Positions 59,475 to 64,000 of a stretch of 64,000 nt of DNA are shown here, one piece after another. Where the stretch lies: the IMG/VR virus record IMGVR_UViG_3300037512_001142, positions 22,733-86,732 of that record; one strand, given 5' to 3'. Position numbers and translations under genes: made by a program. How positions within the stretch are numbered: the stretch's first letter is position 1; every line of letters begins with the position of its first letter. The notes below the pieces were generated by a model. It saw only the letters and a program-made list of their open reading frames with translations. It had not been told where the DNA came from and did no database searches. Source of the DNA: a virus. Lineage: Duplodnaviria; Caudoviricetes.

Positions 59475-59503
59475 TATTTATAAAACCGATATTTCTATAA
59501 ATA
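59475..59503. promoter_or_regulatory. divergent pair of late promoters
   Basis: TATTTATA at 59475-59482 (minus strand) and TATAAATA at 59496-59503 (plus strand), each 4 nt from its ATG. Confidence 0.85.
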
Positions 59504-59507
59504 TAGT

Positions 59508-60497
59508 ATGAACGAAGAAATGAATACTGAAGGTTTTATTGGAGATCCGATTCAGGTTCCGCCGCCGAATTTCCCAGGTCCGGGTCCTTTTCCGCCGCAT
59601 CCTGGTCCATTCCCGCCACCTCCTCCAGGACCTTTCCCGCCTCCTTCTGGAAGGCTAACTCCACCTCCGAACGCTCATACTGGTTCGGTTCCTATGCCGC
59701 CATATCCTGGTCCGTGTCAGAACGACCCGGTTCTTGAAGCTACTACTATCCAGAATATTGCAATGCTTCGAAACTACATCAAGCTCATGCTCGGTAGTCC
59801 GGTTATCTGCGTCGAAATTTCTGATGAACAGTTGAACTACATTATTGGCGACTGTATTCGTTACATTCAGAGATATTATTTCAGACAGGGCAATTACCGT
59901 GATTACCTGGTTCTTGACCTTATTCCTGGTTGTACACACTATAAGATTTGTCAGGAATTGGAATCCGTCGTTGACTTCGCTACTGCTAACTGGCTCGGCG
60001 ACATTAACGAACTTTTCACGCTCCCGCATAACGCACTTTACGATTCAGTTATGAGTATGAACGCTTCCTCGATTTTCCGTGGTTCCTGCTACGGTAACAG
60101 TGCTGGTTTCGGTGATGTTCTCGGAAGCTGGAACGCTGCTCTCCAATGGCTTGAACAAGCTAAGATGGAATTCGGTGAATCCTATCAAGTTCGTTACAAC
60201 GAGAAAGAAAAGGAACTTTCTGTTTGGCCGACTCCGCGTCATCCGTGTAAGGGAATCATGGAAGTCTACAAGAAACAGAAATCTGTAAAAATCTTTAACG
60301 ACATTATGTTCCGTAAATTGGTCGTAGCCCGTGCAGGTATGGTCTGGGCAAACGCACTTAGAAAATATACCTTGACTATCGCCGGTGGCGGTCAGTTGAA
60401 CGGCGACTCGCTCTATGCCAGCTATAAAGAGGAATACGACTACTGTCTCGAAAACATCCGTCTCGAATCCCCGAACGGAGAATTCTGGATCTCGTAA
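59508..60497 (+). CDS. gp13: neck protein gp13-like with a Pro-rich N-terminal extension
   Basis: LRNYIKLMLGSPVICVEISDEQL...CIRYIQRYY and VWANALRKY...GGGQLNGDSLY match gp13. Confidence 0.88.
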   Translation: MNEEMNTEGFIGDPIQVPPPNFPGPGPFPPHPGPFPPPPPGPFPPPSGRLTPPPNAHTGSVPMPPYPGPCQNDPVLEATTIQNIAMLRNYIKLMLGSPVICVEISDEQLNYIIGDCIRYIQRYYFRQGNYRDYLVLDLIPGCTHYKICQELESVVDFATANWLGDINELFTLPHNALYDSVMSMNASSIFRGSCYGNSAGFGDVLGSWNAALQWLEQAKMEFGESYQVRYNEKEKELSVWPTPRHPCKGIMEVYKKQKSVKIFNDIMFRKLVVARAGMVWANALRKYTLTIAGGGQLNGDSLYASYKEEYDYCLENIRLESPNGEFWIS

Positions 60498-60520
60498 TTC
60501 TGAATATACATCCAAAATTA

Positions 60521-60552
60521 GAAAAAACCTGGAAAAACTTCCAGGTTTTATT
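60521..60552 (+). terminator. terminator after gp13
   Basis: AAAACCTGGAA-AAAC-TTCCAGGTTTT. Confidence 0.8.
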
Positions 60553-60639
60553 CTTTTTTAATAAAAATCCAAATATAAATGTTATTTTTATTTTGCGCAA
60601 TAAAAATTTTTACTTATATTTGAATAAAAATTTTTACAT

Positions 60640-60940
60640 AGAAGACCAAAGTAACAGTAACGAACGTCAATCCAATGAGTGTATCGGCAATGTCTTTGGC
60701 CGTTTAGGATTATAAGGTGTAAATCCTACACTATGATCGGGCAGAAGCCGTGACCAGTTAGAAGCTAATGGCCGTAACCGATAACGTTTCACCACTGAAG
60801 TATTTATAGCACTAAATACATATAGCCGCCATCGGTTGTATTGAATGTAGCTCGGAGTACAGGATGACCAGCCCGATAAGTCAATACGTAAATCCTCTTA
60901 CTGTAAAAAGTACAGAAACCTGGCTAAGGCTTACTGTACA
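60640..60940 (+). ncRNA. candidate structured non-coding RNA, unclassified; strand assumed from the upstream promoter-like sequence
   Basis: ORF-free, with several 6-8 bp complementary pairs including long-range ones (see findings). Confidence 0.4.
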
Positions 60941-60964
60941 AAAAATTTAAAAATTATATGAAAT

Positions 60965-61056
60965 AAAACATCCAGGCAACGCCTGATAGGGTGCTTCGCA
61001 CCCATAAAACGCTGGCTTGCCAGCTGTGGGCGCATGCGCCCGTTAACTGATGTTTT
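60965..61056. repeat. cloverleaf of four GC-rich hairpins inside an 8-bp closing stem
   Basis: AAAACATC...GATGTTTT enclosing CAGGC-AAC-GCCTG, GGGTGC-TTC-GCACCC, GCTGG-CTTG-CCAGC and GGGCG-CATG-CGCCC. Confidence 0.8.
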
Positions 61057-61068
61057 ATAAATATAGAT

Positions 61069-61824
61069 ATGGGTGTATACGATTTAACTACTAAAATGGG
61101 TAGACCTACTCGTGGAAATCTTAGATCTATCTGGGATAATGACTTTTATAATCAACCTCCTGCTCTTGAATGGACCTTCAAGGCTGTTTTTAACGATTTT
61201 ATAAATTTCAAATCCGAAAGTGTAGTATTAACTGAAAACGATATGGAATTACTCAACAAGGCAGTAGTTTCAATAAACATTCCAGACAGGAAGATAAATA
61301 CGGCAGACCTTTATTACGGCGGTCTAAATTTTAAAATTCCAACACGTGCAGAAAATGCTGGTACAATCACAGTTAAATTCAACGAAGATAGTTTGTATCA
61401 CGTAACTACAATCCTTGAAAAGATTTATCACATTCAGGGTTTGAACAAATTCTATTATTTTTCAGACAGTGTACCGAATAATGCGGCACCTTATTCATAC
61501 GGTGCAGATAACAACACCAAAGGTGAAACGTTAACGAAAGGTGCAGAATCCATTAATTCCAAGGCAGTAAATATCAATACTAAACCTGGAATTATTTCCG
61601 TAAAAATATTTAACCAGTTCAAAGATCCTGCAACTAATTCGATGGGTCTTAATGACGGTGACAAGGGTGATTATTTTAAGCAATACAAGTTTTACGAGTG
61701 CAAGCTAGTTTCTGTTCCGAGTATCACCTATAACTACGAAGGTGAAGGAACTATCACCCGCGATGCAATATTTACGTATAACTGGATGGAATTCAACACG
61801 AAGTATAATGAACACACATTCTAG
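61069..61824 (+). CDS. tail-tube-fold protein (gp19/gp54/gp3-like paralog)
   Basis: WTFKAVF...VSINIPDRKINTADLYYGGLNFKIPTR...TITVKFNED...FYECKLVSVPSITYNY...AIFTY. Confidence 0.75.
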   Translation: MGVYDLTTKMGRPTRGNLRSIWDNDFYNQPPALEWTFKAVFNDFINFKSESVVLTENDMELLNKAVVSINIPDRKINTADLYYGGLNFKIPTRAENAGTITVKFNEDSLYHVTTILEKIYHIQGLNKFYYFSDSVPNNAAPYSYGADNNTKGETLTKGAESINSKAVNINTKPGIISVKIFNQFKDPATNSMGLNDGDKGDYFKQYKFYECKLVSVPSITYNYEGEGTITRDAIFTYNWMEFNTKYNEHTF

Positions 61825-61833
61825 GAATAACTT

Positions 61834-62547
61834 ATGCCAAATAGTATTTTTATAAATGAAAACTTTTTCAACATGTCAGATCCGCAACCTGGCTGGTTAT
61901 TCCATGTATTCTTTTATAAGACAACAGGTACGTCTAAAATCGATGACGACCACCTTATTGCAGAAACAGCAACGTTGCCGAAGTTTGAAACCACTACTGT
62001 TACAAAAAAGTATTTCGGTTCCGAGAAAACTTTCCCTATTGTAAGAAATTACGGAACAGACATCAGTTTCAGGTTTACAGTACGTGCTGAACCAAGCGAT
62101 AATAATCAGTTATACAGTATCGCCCAGATTAATTCCCGTTGTCTTAAAGACTTAATGGCTTCTGACGGTGTTAACTATAACAAGTCTACGATTTATCCGG
62201 TTCACCCTGAACATGAAATCTATTCGTCAAGAGTAGGTACGAAAGAATATATAACCATTGATAAAATCATAGTCATGTTGAAGGACAGAACTGGCGAAGC
62301 AAACCAGTCCAGTAACTTTAATGGAGAATTCCATTTTGAAAACTGTGTTCTTAAGAATCTTGACTTCGAAAGCGATCTTGACTACAATAACGAAGATGTC
62401 GTAAAATGTAAGTTGACTTTCCACTCTGACATCTGGACTTACCATATCAATAAGCGTGAACCGAGCGGAAATCTCAAGATTGTTCCGCAGAAGAAGTCGT
62501 TCGATAACGGCGCTTTCGCTTTGGCAAGAACTCCAAATGATTTCTAA
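61834..62547 (+). CDS. tail-tube-fold protein (gp19/gp54/gp3-like paralog)
   Basis: WLFHVFF...ETATLPKFETTTVTKKYFGSEKTFP...FENCVLKNLDF..DLDYN...KLTFHSD. Confidence 0.75.
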   Translation: MPNSIFINENFFNMSDPQPGWLFHVFFYKTTGTSKIDDDHLIAETATLPKFETTTVTKKYFGSEKTFPIVRNYGTDISFRFTVRAEPSDNNQLYSIAQINSRCLKDLMASDGVNYNKSTIYPVHPEHEIYSSRVGTKEYITIDKIIVMLKDRTGEANQSSNFNGEFHFENCVLKNLDFESDLDYNNEDVVKCKLTFHSDIWTYHINKREPSGNLKIVPQKKSFDNGAFALARTPNDF

Positions 62548-63429
62548 TTACCAACCCTGGAACGGGTCGTAATATTTTTTATTATTGTCCATCGGACGTT
62601 CATCATCGTATTCTACTGACGGTTCAGGATATTTGTATTCGACATGGCTATTGACGTTATCCTTGGGCTTATCTTCGGCAGTCTTATCCTTAGGCAAATC
62701 CTTGTTAATTTCAAGAATATCGCTGTCAGGTCCGACTTTTGATGTCGGATGACCGGTAGAAGTTTTATCGTCAATATCGAATATCTCGTCTAGTTCGCTG
62801 AATGTTCTCATCTTATCCATATTGTCCTCGTTAAGGTTGTCAATATCGACATTCTGGTGTGTATTTCTCCAGATTCTCAACGTGAATGTATAGGTAATCG
62901 GACTGGAAAGGAATGACGTTCCTTCGGCGAAAGTTTTTACGTTGATGACCTCATAGAAAAGGTCAGAATACTCGAGATAAATTATATCTCCGATTTTTGG
63001 AACTTCCGAATTATACTTTATCTGGTTCGTTCCGTATTCATATCTCGAAGCTTCCATGAAATGTTGGATTGTACACATACAGGTGATGACTTCTTCATAA
63101 GTCATACCCTGAAGAGTATAGGTCTTCTGATATGCCGGCAACTGTTCCGCATACATTTTCAGTGTGAATCTTCTTCTTACATTCTCGAGAGGATCTTCAC
63201 CGTAAAGTCTGTCCTGTTTAGTAGAAATATCCTTGATATAATACTGGACTTCGAAACCGAAATTACCGAAAGCTTCGGAAGTTAAAGATGACATGAGTGC
63301 AGCTTCTGCAGCATAACAGTCGTTATTCTGACTATCAAAAAATTTAGGAGCTGTCCAGTCCTTATTTCTGATTGAACAACTGCCACTTTTAAACAATTTC
63401 ATGAATTCTGCAGCGTAGTCTCTTGCCAT
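62548..63429 (-). CDS. gp14: neck / head-closure protein, gp14-like paralog B
   Basis: EAFGNFGFEVQYY...DRLYGEDP, PKIGDIIYL...YEVINV and YTFTLRIW; C-terminus shared with paralog A. Confidence 0.8.
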   Translation of the reverse strand: MARDYAAEFMKLFKSGSCSIRNKDWTAPKFFDSQNNDCYAAEAALMSSLTSEAFGNFGFEVQYYIKDISTKQDRLYGEDPLENVRRRFTLKMYAEQLPAYQKTYTLQGMTYEEVITCMCTIQHFMEASRYEYGTNQIKYNSEVPKIGDIIYLEYSDLFYEVINVKTFAEGTSFLSSPITYTFTLRIWRNTHQNVDIDNLNEDNMDKMRTFSELDEIFDIDDKTSTGHPTSKVGPDSDILEINKDLPKDKTAEDKPKDNVNSHVEYKYPEPSVEYDDERPMDNNKKYYDPFQGW

Positions 63430-63433
63430 AACA

Positions 63434-63445
63434 TATTTATAAATA
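63434..63445. promoter_or_regulatory. back-to-back late promoters TATTTATAAATA
   Basis: Palindrome between 63429(-) and 63462(+). Confidence 0.85.
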
Positions 63446-63461
63446 TATGTAGAGGTTTAAA

Positions 63462-64000
63462 ATGACTAGAAAATACATTATTGAAGCAACCATGCCGTGG
63501 AAGGAAAGACTTCAGAAGTTTGCGCTCGCGAAGCCTGAATTCGGTAAGAAGATTGCATTGCAGATTGTCGGATTGCTTTCCGACCAACTAGCCGAAGATT
63601 TTTATGTTGACTACTGTCTTGTTAATGACTTGTCGCCTGAACTCGACGACGATGACAATACGAAGGACAGACTTATTCGTTTCATTACCAAGGATGTTTT
63701 CCTTACCGAGGATATTCTCCCGTCGCTTATCCAGTATGTAGACGATGACGTTATCGAAACCGTTGTCGACTATTATGGTTATCGCAAGATGATGGAATCC
63801 GTAATGATTGAAGGAAAAGTCGGACGTACTCTTGGAGCCGCAGCAATCGTAGCCAGTAGCTTGTTTGGAAAAGCCCAGGCTGCTGAACCTGTTTCCGTAG
63901 ACGTTCTTCCTAAGAATATCCAGGTTGAATATTCTATCGACCAGGACCAACTTGACGCTCAGGCCATTAACGACCTCAGCAAGAAGATTAAGACACAGAT
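63462..64000 (+). CDS. hypothetical late protein, 3'-truncated by the window edge (not in the ORF track)
   Basis: AGAGG SD, then an ATG at 63462 (MTRKYIIEATMPWKERLQKF...). Read without a stop through at least 63900 and apparently open to the window end. Confidence 0.7.
   Translation, partial: MTRKYIIEATMPWKERLQKFALAKPEFGKKIALQIVGLLSDQLAEDFYVDYCLVNDLSPELDDDDNTKDRLIRFITKDVFLTEDILPSLIQYVDDDVIETVVDYYGYRKMMESVMIEGKVGRTLGAAAIVASSLFGKAQAAEPVSVDVLPKNIQVEYSIDQDQLDAQAINDLSKKIKTQ

Noticed and set aside
60500-61068. tRNA, tmRNA or CRISPR array in the non-coding gap
   Set aside because: No TTCG-A T-loop/anticodon architecture with an acceptor stem, no tmRNA ends, and no regularly spaced direct repeats; the four-hairpin element has loops too small for a tRNA.
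61069-62547. Multiple tail-tube paralogs as a novelty
   Set aside because: T4-like tails normally contain several tube-fold proteins (gp19, gp54, gp48, gp3), so four such genes are expected.
1-64000. Alternative genetic code (stop-codon recoding, as in some large gut phages)
   Set aside because: Conserved genes are full length in the standard-code ORF track, and at least one gene ends at TAG (61824); no recoding is needed.

Overview
This is a 64-kb slice of a large T4-like (myovirus-type, contractile-tail) dsDNA phage genome, consisting almost entirely of virion morphogenesis genes on both strands. Recognisable by motif: portal (gp20), prohead protease (gp21), scaffold (gp22), major capsid (gp23), neck/head-completion proteins (gp13, two gp14-like, gp4, gp15), tail sheath (gp18), tail tube (gp19) plus three more tube-fold proteins, hub and spike (gp27/gp5-like), two tandem gp6-like wedge paralogs, large fibre/adhesin proteins, a probable small terminase (gp16) and only the ATPase half of the large terminase (gp17). 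T4-type late promoters (TATAAATA) and bidirectional terminators punctuate almost every gene. Most notable: (1) terL is fractured and ends in a 36-aa atypical split-intein N-fragment, with no C-half in the window; (2) a small separate gene carries a 21/25-identical copy of the predicted mature capsid N-terminal arm fused to a poly-Lys tract; (3) at least 12 late genes have TATAAATA exactly 4 nt before the ATG, suggesting leaderless late mRNAs; (4) a tube-fold protein carries two Cpl-7/CW_7-like peptidoglycan-binding repeats; (5) two gp14 paralogs share an identical 22-aa C-terminus with only synonymous DNA differences; (6) a ~450-nt non-coding region holds a candidate structured RNA and a four-hairpin cloverleaf. 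All family assignments come from motif recognition by eye; no database searches were run.
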